From NCBI GenBank assembly GCA_964016885.1, contig OZ024740.1, positions 175,584,001-175,648,000 on the forward strand: a DNA stretch of 64,000 nt, written 5' to 3'. The stretch comes from Eledone cirrhosa (taxonomy: Eukaryota). Positions 40,891-52,674 of this stretch are shown here, piece by piece. The translations under genes and the position numbers were made by a program. Position 1 is the stretch's first letter; every line of letters begins with the position of its first letter. The notes below the pieces were generated by a model that ran no database searches, was not told the DNA's origin, and saw only the letters and a program-made list of their open reading frames with translations.

Positions 40891-40941
40891 AGTTTAAGCG
40901 AAGAATCGCTGCTTTCATCCTTAACGGGATCTTCTGAAACT
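40891..40941 (-). ncRNA. Hammerhead-like motif with CAGAAGA core (family F)
   Basis: Minus strand: agttt CAGAAGA tccc gttaa ggat GAAA gcag cgattct tcgc TT aaact. Confidence 0.6.
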
Positions 40942-40992
40942 AAAAATAATCAATCTGTGAACGCGGAAGTAAATATTTCGAAAAACGTTACA

Positions 40993-41044
<52 letters not shown>

Positions 41045-41259
41045 TATATATACATATATACACACACACATATACCGTCATAATGTCGTAATGCAGATAG
41101 TCAGACATACAGACAGATATTATATGGGCGCAACGTTATATCTATGTATCTATCTAAAAAGAAAGACTAAGAGAGAGAGAGAGATCACTAAATCACCTAA
41201 TGCGATCCCTAGGGCATTGACAATTTGAAATATATTTTGCTCAAAACACTCACAGAACC

Positions 41260-41360
41260 ATAATTATTACACGTGTAAAGTCTGAAAACAATGGGTTGGG
41301 TGGTTCTCGAGTTTTAGGGAGTCAGACAGACAGACATACATTCTCTATTTTAGATAGATT
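41260..41360 (+). mobile_element. Possible Helitron/Helentron-associated non-autonomous remnant
   Basis: gtgtaaagtctgaaaacaatgggttgggtggtt...(GACA)n...ttttagatagat resembles the 3' end of such elements. Confidence 0.35.
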
Positions 41361-42418
41361 AAATCAAATGAAACCCTCTTGAAAAAGGAAGAACGTAATG
41401 CAAAGTGACCCTAGATACACAGCATCTAGAAAACACAGAAATCCCGACACGGCTGGTTCACCTATCATTCATAGATCGGCTTTATCAGACATCAATTTGT
41501 ATGTTATCGAGCAAGATTATGTCTGTAAACCTGCTAGAAGCAGCAGTCAAATTCCATCTCAAATAATATTCTCCAGTCTATAAAACCAAAGAGCGCCATC
41601 ACATTGGCCAATATATAATTCAAGATATACCAAACGTTTGACTATAGGGCCGCTCAGCCAAGAATGATCTGGCATTAACGAATTAAGCAATAACATCACC
41701 AACACTAACAATACAACATGATCAACAATAACAACAACAACAACAACAAAAAAAATAACAACATGGAGGTTATAAAAGAGTTCAGACAGTGGAATATATT
41801 TAATACATAAAAAATATTCTACTATTTTTCCTTACAATTGTTCAAAGCAAAACTAATTTCTTCTGGCTCTACTGCTTTAATATTATTTATCACTGTTTCA
41901 CATAGTGTGGTTTATGGAAATCTCGGTTTCCACGAAAGCAATTCTGGGATTCCGGTAAGGTGTCTTTCAATACAATTTAACGTAATTATATCATTTCTTC
42001 TTTTAATACGAAAAAAAAAATTCTCTCTAAAATAATCTTTCCTTCATTTAATGTCATATTAAGATTAAAGTGGTGGATATTGTCCCTGACAAATATGTAT
42101 GGATTGTGATTTTTTGGAAAATCGTATAAAGGTTCCATGACAAAATATGTTTGGTAACTACTGTTGAATGTGGTAATGTGCGTACGTTGATTTAAGAACC
42201 AAGTAGTCAGTGACATTATTGCATATACAACATACATGAAAGACAGGTTATTATTGAGGTCTTAACACTCCAAACCGACGAATTGGCAAGGCCGTTAGGA
42301 TGTCGGATAAAAAAAAATACGTTGGTATTTGTTGGGGCTCATTGTGCTCTGAGTTTAGGGCACACCGAGTTTAACTTTGCCTTCCAGCCTTTCATTGATG
42401 CATAAAGTACTGGAATTT

Positions 42419-42525
<107 letters not shown>

Positions 42526-43135
42526 TACACACATATTCCAGCATGCTAGCTGTTTATCAAATTGTTGGAAGAAATTGGCACTGTTCCACTGCTACGACTC
42601 CATCAAGAGTTAAGAACCCTTTGTCTTTGTCCGACATCCTAATCTATTAAGGAACTTATTTCGCAACCACACGTAATACAACAACAACAACCATGTATTT
42701 TATCTATATCCTGTGTCAAGATTATATCATTTATTATTGTTCTCATTGTTGTAAACGTTGTTGTTATTATTGTCAGTTCTCCTTGTTTTGATTGACACGA
42801 ACGTGTGTGAATTATTTTTATAGTCTCTGATAGAAATCAATGATATTGTTCCTGTGTGTATGCGTGACAGCAGCAATACTTCTTTGTCTCCAATGCATGA
42901 CTGCCATATATACTATTCCCCTATTCTTTTATCTCTATTGTATGTATTATATGTTTGAACTGACATCGTCAAGAACAGAGCAGCAGTATTTTCAATAGTA
43001 TAATTGACAGCGAAAGTATTGCTTTATGGCTATATACACACATACACACATACACACAAATACCTGCATACATACCTGCATACATACATATATCGCATAC
43101 ACACACACACATATATATATATATACATATTTCTT

Positions 43136-43170
<35 letters not shown>

Positions 43171-43184
43171 CTCTCTCTCTCTTA

Positions 43185-43234
<50 letters not shown>

Positions 43235-43464
43235 GCGCGCATATATATATATATATATACATATATATATTACAAAGTGACACAGCGCACACATTCGAGA
43301 CAATTCACAAATGCTTCTTTTATATTGTAGAATCGGGAGCAAACAACTCTCAGGTAACTGGTAGGACACATTACACTGATCTCTCTCTCATTCTAATTAG
43401 GTATATATATGTATATATATATATGGAGGAAGTTATAGTTCACTTGAAGCATTGTGTAATGAGG

Positions 43465-44346
43465 TATAAACGTTTGTATATGTATAATAAAGCCAAAACA
43501 ATGCAGGTATGGACATAGAATAAAGAATGCAAATGCAAAAGATATTGTTGACAATTAGTCTTTTACCTTAGATTTATTTGTACGAACATTTGAGATCGGC
43601 CCTCCCAGCCGGTGCTAAGTTCGGATACATAAGGAACGAACTAACACGTATCCGGAACAAATGCACCGACGCTAGAGACCGAGACACACACACCACACAT
43701 TTCTTGGAAGTATCAAACAGAACGGATACACGACATCCACCACAAACCGTGCCAGAAAGAACAGAGGACACCACACCCGAGGCACTAACACTTGCTTCCT
43801 GAAGCTCCCACACTTCAGTGCAGAAACAACAACAGCCATCGGCAGAGCTATCAGACGAGAGGGACTAGATATCCAACCAGCCCACTCAGGTTCTTCTCTA
43901 CGCGGACCAAAACCAAAAGACACTCCACCAGACATGATAACCGCTGCAGGCTAGCCAACTGCCCCATCAACGACACAGACCTATGCCACCAGGCTTACGT
44001 CGTATACAGACTAGAGTGTGACAAATGCAGCAACTTCTACGTAGGTAGCACCACCAGACCACTCCACATAAGAATAAAAGAACACCTCAATACTAACGCT
44101 TCCTCATTTAAGAAACACCTAGTTAAATGCAAAAACACCGACAAAACCATAACAGTTAGGATAGAAACTAAGGAAAGAAACCTCGGCAATCTTAGAATTA
44201 AGGAAGCACTAATTATGGACAAAACACAACCACCAATCAGTAATAGACTAGAACTCAACACCCAATTTATAACTTGATAGAGCATCTCGCCCCATATTTA
44301 CACCCCACCCTCCCACACACACACACGCACACACACGCACACACAC

Positions 44347-44416
<70 letters not shown>

Positions 44417-44869
44417 TTACACCTCCACTTATTCTCTCTCACACACATACACACACAAAGACCAGTTCTAACACGAGATAACATCTATCCCCCACATTTA
44501 CGTATAGACATATCTTCTCACACTCACACACACACACTCACATACTTACACCTTCATGCATTCTCCCACACACTTAAACAGGCATGTACAAAAAAAAAAC
44601 CCTTTTAAAGGGAGACTACTATTTATCCACCTAACCTAACTCTTTGACATTAGAGATAGAACAGATACTCTATACCATTTCCTGTCAGCATGACTTGGCA
44701 AGCTATTTACTTCCCTCCGAAGAAGAGATATTATCTCGAAAATTAAGGACATTTAAATAAATCTAAGGTAAAAGACTAATTGTCAACAATATCTTTTGCA
44801 TTCGCATTCTTTAATCTATGTCCATACCTGCATTGTTTTGGCTTTATTATACATATACAAACGTTTATA
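43465..44869 (+). mobile_element. 5'-truncated Penelope-like element with a 115-bp inverted terminal duplication
   Basis: 43465-43579 is the inverse of 44755-44869 (2 mismatches); GIY-YIG coding remnant 43580-44277 (VVYRLECDKCSNFYVGSTTRPLHIRIKEH); ends in (TA)n. Confidence 0.9.
44714..44748 (+). ncRNA. Minimal hammerhead-like motif with CCGAAGA core
   Basis: cct CCGAAGA a gaga tatta tctc GAAA at TA agg, in the PLE 3' tail just before AATAAA. Confidence 0.6.
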
Positions 44870-45382
44870 TATATATATATATATAAATTTAGACGGGACA
44901 AAGTGCTGTGTGGTTACTAATAAAGAGAGTTTAGAAATGCACGGAAAAACCGAAAGACAGGCCCCCTTTTCAGTTGTCTGCTGTAGGTCTCAGACGTTTC
45001 GACGCATCAAAGACAATCCACAGTGCGTCAATAACTGGGAACTTATTGGGGAAGGAAATGACAACGAGATGATGGCGAAGAAAAAGAAAATAACCAGAAG
45101 AAAAAAAGGAGAAGAAAAAAAACACAGAAAGCATACCGATAGAGGAGTAGCACATGTATGTAGAAGTAGCCAAAGGGAGAGAGGGGAAGACGCTAAATCG
45201 CTGGCCGGGCGTAAGCCCTGGGACCTTATTAACAGCAAGATAGTGAGTGCGAAGAGAAACACGTCTGATCTTGGCGAGAACAGGCGTAAACAACAGGGAG
45301 AGACGAAGGTAAACGGAAGTAGTAAGGGAGCAGAGAGAAAGAGGATAAGTGAGTGGAAGAGAGAAGGAGAATACGTGAGTAG

Positions 45383-45464
<82 letters not shown>

Positions 45465-46181
45465 AAAAAGAGGGAAAAAGGAGGAAGGAAAAGAAAAGTT
45501 AATGTACTGGGTAATATTTTTCCTTTGACAGATATGGATGGTGGAATATATGGTTTTCCTGATGGATGTTGGTACATCATCACACTGTGCCGAGAAGATG
45601 TCCATCAAAAGCTGAAGGTCGTCTTCCGTATGGATAACAAGATCACAGTCGTCAATATTAAGAAGCTCAAGTATCAGTGCAATATGATGTTAAAGCGCCT
45701 TCTTATTGTATATATATACGGCCAGCATTGGTGTTTGTGAATGATTTTATGAAAACAACTGAAAACAACCTGGGAGCGAGCAGAGAAAGTTTCTGACTCA
45801 AAACCACACCACCGTGTCGTCATACAATGAAGGTTTAAGCGCCGTAATTGTCTCAGGTACACATATGAATTTCAATGTAAAGTATTCTAATTATAGTTTT
45901 TAGTTTTATCACAAGACCAGCGATTTGAAGGGAAAGGCAAAATCGTTTAAATCGACTCTAGTGCGTTATTTGTACTTTATTTTATCGACCTCCTAATAAT
46001 AATATTCGCTCAGTAAATAAACGTTCAAAAAGCACCTTTTATCTTTTTTTTTCTGTTTCTATGGACACTTTACTCGGTTTTGTAAACTATTATTTATAGT
46101 TTTTTTTAGGGTAATTGGCATTGCTACAGACACAGTTCACATTTTAAATATTCCCAATGCTTCTTAAGCTACCTGCTTTGG

Positions 46182-46228
<47 letters not shown>

Positions 46229-46324
46229 AATAGGGAGAAAAAGGCGATTATTAGGAAGAAAAGTATATTTTTTTCTCTTTATTTTTTCTCTTTTTTCTGG
46301 GTTAGAAAATATCCACAGGGTATC

Positions 46325-46456
<132 letters not shown>

Positions 46457-46500
46457 TAAATTCAAATATTAATAAAATAGATGCTCTTATGATCAATTAA

Positions 46501-46566
46501 ATTTTATTATACATATTTCAGAGGTACTTGAATCCAGTTCAATAGTACGTCCTCATCAGATAAAAT
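46501..46566 (-). ncRNA. Type I hammerhead ribozyme
   Basis: Minus strand: attttat CTGATGA gga C gtac ta ttgaa ctgga ttcaa gtac C tct GAAA tatgta TA ataaaat; the module has inverted ends 46453-46499 and 46637-46684. Confidence 0.8.
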
Positions 46567-46711
46567 AAAATGATACATGACATACCCTGACATGTTAAAT
46601 GGTTAAGATTTAATCAAGGTAGTGATTTAATCAAGGTAATTGATCACAAGAACATCTATTTTATTAATATTTGAATTTGATATTAATAACTCTGGAAAAT
46701 ATCTGGCTGTA

Positions 46712-46963
<252 letters not shown>

Positions 46964-47039
46964 GATGGCTCTCATAGAGCAGAGTATGATATCACAGAAA
47001 AAAAGAGAATCAGTGTTGCGACGAATGGAATGTATTGGA

Positions 47040-47131
47040 CATATTACAATCGTTTCTCTGACGACCAGCTCGAGGCACGATCGATGTGATGATCGAACAT
47101 GACTCTGAAAATCGCAAGGTCCTCAGATACG
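47040..47131 (-). ncRNA. Hammerhead with an extended stem II, inside the imperfect fold-back 46989-47283
   Basis: Minus strand: cgtat CTGAGGA cct t gcgat ...~45 nt... gtcgt c aga GAAA cgattg TA atatg, then an AATAAA-like signal. Confidence 0.6.
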
Positions 47132-47275
47132 TCTTGATTCTACGAAGCAGATTTTCCGATTTTCAGAGTCAGGTTCGATCATCACGTCGATCGTCCTTCG
47201 AGCTGGTTGCCAGAGAAACGATTGTAATATGTCCAATAAATTCCATTCGTCGCAACACTGATTCTCTTTTTTTCT

Positions 47276-47420
<145 letters not shown>

Positions 47421-47435
47421 ATCCACAGGGTATCA

Positions 47436-47483
<48 letters not shown>

Positions 47484-47778
47484 ATCCACAGGGTATCCGT
47501 ATATATATATATAATCATTTTGAAAGGTATCTATATTTGAATTCTAGTTAAACCTTAATTAGTTACCTACCTAGCTATGTGTGCTTACATTCGTTACAAA
47601 TTATTCCCTGCGATTGTTCCATATGTTTATTTTATATATATATATGTCAATCTATTTCTAGTTGATATAAAATGCTCGGATCTATTCATTGGAATCTTTG
47701 AGCTTATTCTACAGTGGATATGGCGCATGCCTCGAACATGACTCCCTTAATTTAATTTTTGTATATACATATATATAT

Positions 47779-47809
<31 letters not shown>

Positions 47810-47939
47810 TCTTTTTTTTACCTGCAGTTGCGACCGATAGATAGTATTAGCAATTGGAAAGACCAACGCAAACATTGTTTCCTCGGTCCGATTTGACGAA
47901 AGTCGATCGACTCTCTCTCATATTTATATATATATATAA

Positions 47940-48080
<141 letters not shown>

Positions 48081-48364
48081 GAGATACATCCATAAATATA
48101 TATGTCGCTGTGTGCGTCTATATGTGTGTATGTATGGCAGCCATGTATACTATTCCACCATTCTTTTCTCTCTATTGTATGTATTGTATGTATGAACTGA
48201 CATCGCCGAGAACAGAGCAGCCGTATATTCAATAGCATAATTGACAGCGAAAGTCTTGCTTTATGGGTTTATGCATACATACATACATGTATTCATACAC
48301 ACATACATATGCATGCATACAAACATACATACACACACATACATTCACACACACATACATACAA

Positions 48365-48690
48365 TGGTAAAGACGCCGTTGGGTCACGAATGACCATGGG
48401 ATTTACACCTAGAAAGTTTCCCTGCTAGGCACAAATCCAGGCAAGGTTGTTTGTGGAAGACCAACAGTCGCTCATGCATACCAGCCTCCCCTCTCCACGC
48501 TCCCGACGTTGTCCAAGGGAAAGGCAATGGCTGATACTGCTTGGCACCAGTGACGTCGCAACTCATTTCTACACCCGAGTAAACTGGAGCAACGTGAAAT
48601 AAAGTGTCTTGCTCAAGAACACAACGCATTATCCGGTCCGAGATGCTCTAAACACTAGTTGCTCTAAACACTAAGCCATCATCTTCGCAT
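48365..48690 (-). mobile_element. Second SINE family copy
   Basis: Minus strand gcgttgtgttcttgagcaagacactttatttcacgttgctccag; absent from the paralogous block at 42900-43405. Confidence 0.7.
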
Positions 48691-48957
48691 ACATACACAC
48701 ATACATACAGAGATACATACACTCATACATACATTTATACGCATATATATAGTTGCATCACCCCCACTCTCTCTCATTCTCTCTCTCTCTATATATATAT
48801 AGAGAGAGAGAGATATGTGTATATATATATATATATTGCAAAATGACGCAGCATATACTTGCGAGACAATTCACAAATGTTTCTTTAATATTATAGAGAG
48901 CAAACAACTGTCAGGTAACAGGTAACTGGTAGTTACACTGAACTTTCTCTTCTCATT

Positions 48958-49024
<67 letters not shown>

Positions 49025-49092
49025 ATTCCGGGTTGAATCGGAGGTAACCACAGTAAGTAAGGTACTCAATACATTGCAGAGTATAAAAGTTT

Positions 49093-49208
49093 TAATATAG
49101 ATGAGATTCTACAGGACTAGAACTGTTTCATTCTTTAGAAATCATCAGGAATCTCTGATTCCTGATGATTTCTAAAGAATGAAACAGTTCTAGTCCTGTA
49201 GAATCTCA

Positions 49209-49217
<9 letters not shown>
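49093..49217. ncRNA. Palindrome made of two back-to-back full type I hammerheads (family J)
   Basis: gattc CTGATGA t-ttc taaa gaa-t GAAA cag ttctagtc ctg TA gaatc at 49157-49205 (+) and its exact inverse at 49105-49153 (-); 3-nt spacer. Confidence 0.9.
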
Positions 49218-49299
<82 letters not shown>

Positions 49300-49614
49300 A
49301 GAGTGTGTGTGTGTGTCGAAGGTCTATGTATTGGGCTCAGTTTCTCTAGTCTAATCATCAGGCAATAATGTGATGGGGCCAGAATTGTTACGCGCTGCGG
49401 CAGGTTAAATCTCCAGGGGAACTACGTTAAAGGTTGTACTTGTCTGTTGAATACTCAGCGCATTAATTACATGAGTATGATTTTCCTTTAAAGCACACGC
49501 CGTTGGAAGCGACGGATGTCCAACAACAATAAATATATATATATATATAAAATTTCAGGTTATTTTATTAATCTCCTATACAGTTGAGCAACTAATTCAG
49601 CATACGCTTCTAAA

Positions 49615-51934
49615 ATGGAAAGGCACCAATTGGATATGTCGTTAAAAAACATACCTATTCAGGCAAAAAGGGAATATATTCTAGGTATGATACGAAGGAC
49701 CAATGATTTTATTCGACGAATCAGATGGAAAACATTCCATTTTGACAAAAGCCGTATAAACCAAACATCGGATCTTAACAAGGATAAATTTGGATTTAAA
49801 TCTTACAAGAACCCCACCCTCAAACCCACTTTTGGATGCATTTGAACAAGACCTAATGGATATGATCATGGAGATCAAATTTACAAAACGTAAGAACAAT
49901 AAACTACAGAATGACATCACGGCACTGCTCAATAATCTAAAAAACGCCAATGGAGTTATTGTTAGAGCAGACAAAACATCAAACGTATATACCATGGATG
50001 TGGACACTTACAATAACTTCATCCGTAAGGAATTGCATAAAAAATACAGGAAAACTAATGAAGCCACACTTAAAAACATCAACAACTCGGCATGTGATAT
50101 TGTTAAAAAACTTTGTATTGACGATAGAACGCAACCCTTAACACCAGCTATACCATCCTTCAACCTGAAGGACCACAAGGTAAACTTCGATACTAACCCT
50201 AATATTAGACTTATATGCCCCTCTAAATCTGATATAGGTAAAATTAGCAAATATATACTAGACAGAATTATCCCCCAAGTTAAGGTTAAAGTAGAGATTA
50301 AACTATGGGGTAACACTCATGAAGCAATAAGATGGTTTAACAACATTACTGATAAGAAAAAATCAAAATTTATTCAGTTTGATATTGATGAATATTATTC
50401 CTCAATTTCACCTGATACTCTACATGAAGCTCTTTCGCTCGCTAAGGATAATTCCGACCTTACGGATGCTGAAATTAAAATTATTATGGAAGCGAGAAAA
50501 ACTATAGTTAAATTCGATGATAGCTACTGGGTTCGCAAAGATAGACCTTCTAATTTTGATATCACTATGGGTTCTAATGATTCGGCGGAGGTAACAGATC
50601 TTGTGGGAATTTATATCACCCACAGATTACAAGGAAAATTCAAGGATCTCCACGGTGGAATTTACCGTGACGATGCGCTCCTATTAGTTAAGAATATGAA
50701 TAACCAGAATTTAGAAAGGATGCGTAAAAATATCAGAAAACTTTTTAAAGAACTAGGATTAAATATTACATTTGAATATAACCTCAAAGAGGTCAATTTC
50801 CTTGATGTTACTTTCAATCTCAATACAGATACGATTAAACCGTTCCATAAACTAAATGAGAACCTTAAATATGTAAATACGAGTTCTAACCATCCACTCT
50901 CTATAATTAAATCCATCCCTAGAAATGTTTCTCTTAGAATCTCCCGCCTATCGTCCAACCAACAAACCTTCAAAGAACATGCCGAGTATTATGATGATGC
51001 ACTTAGGAAAGCCGGTCACCTAGATAATATAGAGTATATAGTCAATGATCACCAAAACACCCAAAATAAATCACATAGGAGTAGAAATAGCACAGAATCA
51101 CCACCATACATACACTACCGCAATAGACACAATAATAGTCGCACACCACCAAACAGAAGGCGATGTAAGGAGTATATCTGGTACAACCCGGTCTATAACA
51201 AATCTATTAAAACCAATCTACCCTCAAAATTCTTTCGATTAGTTAGAAAACACTTTCCAACATCACATAAATATAATAAAATCTTAAACCCTAACACCAT
51301 CCGACTTTCATATTCAACCGCCCCTAATATTGAACAACATATAAAAATGCTTAACGCAAAACGGTTGTATAAACGCCTTCCAACACATAACAATACACGT
51401 AAAACATTAGCTATAACATCACAAAACAACAAACAACATCCTGTCCTACATAAGCAACCTCATCAACCCATCCATGGCAATATAACAACGCAAAATTGTA
51501 ATTGCAACTGTGTCCAACCAGGAATGTGTCCGTTGAACAACCAGTGTCTTGAACGCAACATCGTATACAAATGTACTATCGAATCGGATAGACAGAAGTG
51601 GTACTATGTGGGATCTACAGCCACCTCCTTTAAATCACGCCTTTATAGACATCGTTATTCGATAAAACATGAAAACCAGCGTTATGTAACAACACTCGCA
51701 GACAAGGCTTGGCAGCTGCGTGAAAATAACCAACAATTTCACCTAAAATGGCATATAATAGCGACTGCCCCCCCATATTCCAATGGACAGGAATTTTGTA
51801 GATTATGTAATGTAGAATTATTTTGTATTATGAAATCCAAAAACATTTTATTAAATAACAGAATAGAGCGATCGTTATACTGTAACCATCGCTTAAAATC
51901 TACATTTTCATATTATAAATACTACCAGGATTGA
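49615..51934 (+). CDS. Naiad-type Penelope-like retroelement polyprotein (RT + GIY-YIG), one frameshift near 49812
   Basis: N-terminal SLKNIP..RIRWK..FGFKS; ADKT; FIQFDIDEYYSSI; MGSNDSAEVTDLVG; IYRDD; FLDVTF; WYNP; CNC..CPL..C linker; IVY..YVGST..FKSR; element ~49549-52574 sits between (TA)n arrays. Confidence 0.92.
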
Positions 51935-52403
51935 ACGCCTGTCTCTATCCCCGTTTGATTGTCAAAATAGATATGAACATTCTTTATTAGTCTTAATTCT
52001 ATCAACTCTTCTATTATTTACCTTTTAATACAAACTGCTATAGATAAAATGAGATTTCTGATTTTTTGATTCAATTCCCTAGTGCAAATACCAGCTGACT
52101 ACTAGCATTGATGTTATTTAGTAGCAATCGAAATCTCCCCCTTCCCCAATTGACACTTTATGATTAATACTACTGCACCAAATGACCAGCCCTGTCCACT
52201 GTCCAGTTGGTCAAGTAGAGATTAAAATCGGCACCCCCAAAATTCTTATTTAGATTTACTCATGGTATTCTCATTAAAAACCCATTATATACTTGTTTAG
52301 CAGTAAATTATTTTACCATCTGTCATATTCTATCCCCTCTGTTCCTTCCTCTTTTACTAATATAAATACTTCAATTTTTCTGATTTTATCCAGTTTATCC
52401 AAA

Positions 52404-52520
52404 ATCTCTGAAGAAGTGACAACTGATTATACATTTGCTATCGAATACTTGCTAACATTATATGATTACGCAAGCAGCGATACATAGGTATTCGGTCTGT
52501 TACAGAAACATATGTCAATA
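52404..52520 (+). ncRNA. Hammerhead-like motif with a ~90-nt stem II insert in the Naiad 3' UTR
   Basis: CTGAAGA a gtgaca ... tgttac a GAAA catatg TC, AATAAA at 52524; internal helix atcgaatactt/aggtattcggt; stem I defective. Confidence 0.5.
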
Positions 52521-52570
52521 CCTAATAAATTCCTTTTTTAACAAAAGCACTTTCATTTTATATTCATCCT

Positions 52571-52619
<49 letters not shown>

Positions 52620-52674
52620 CCAAAGGATGAGTTAATGGAAGAGTTAATATTTTATATATATATATATATATACG

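Noticed and set aside
44796-45740. 314-aa ORF
   Set aside because: Crosses a PLE tail, TA and AG repeats and an antisense RTE remnant; no domain motif
51932-52100. Selenocysteine read-through or SECIS in the Naiad element
   Set aside because: TGA is only the terminal stop after a complete endonuclease; no SECIS fold seen
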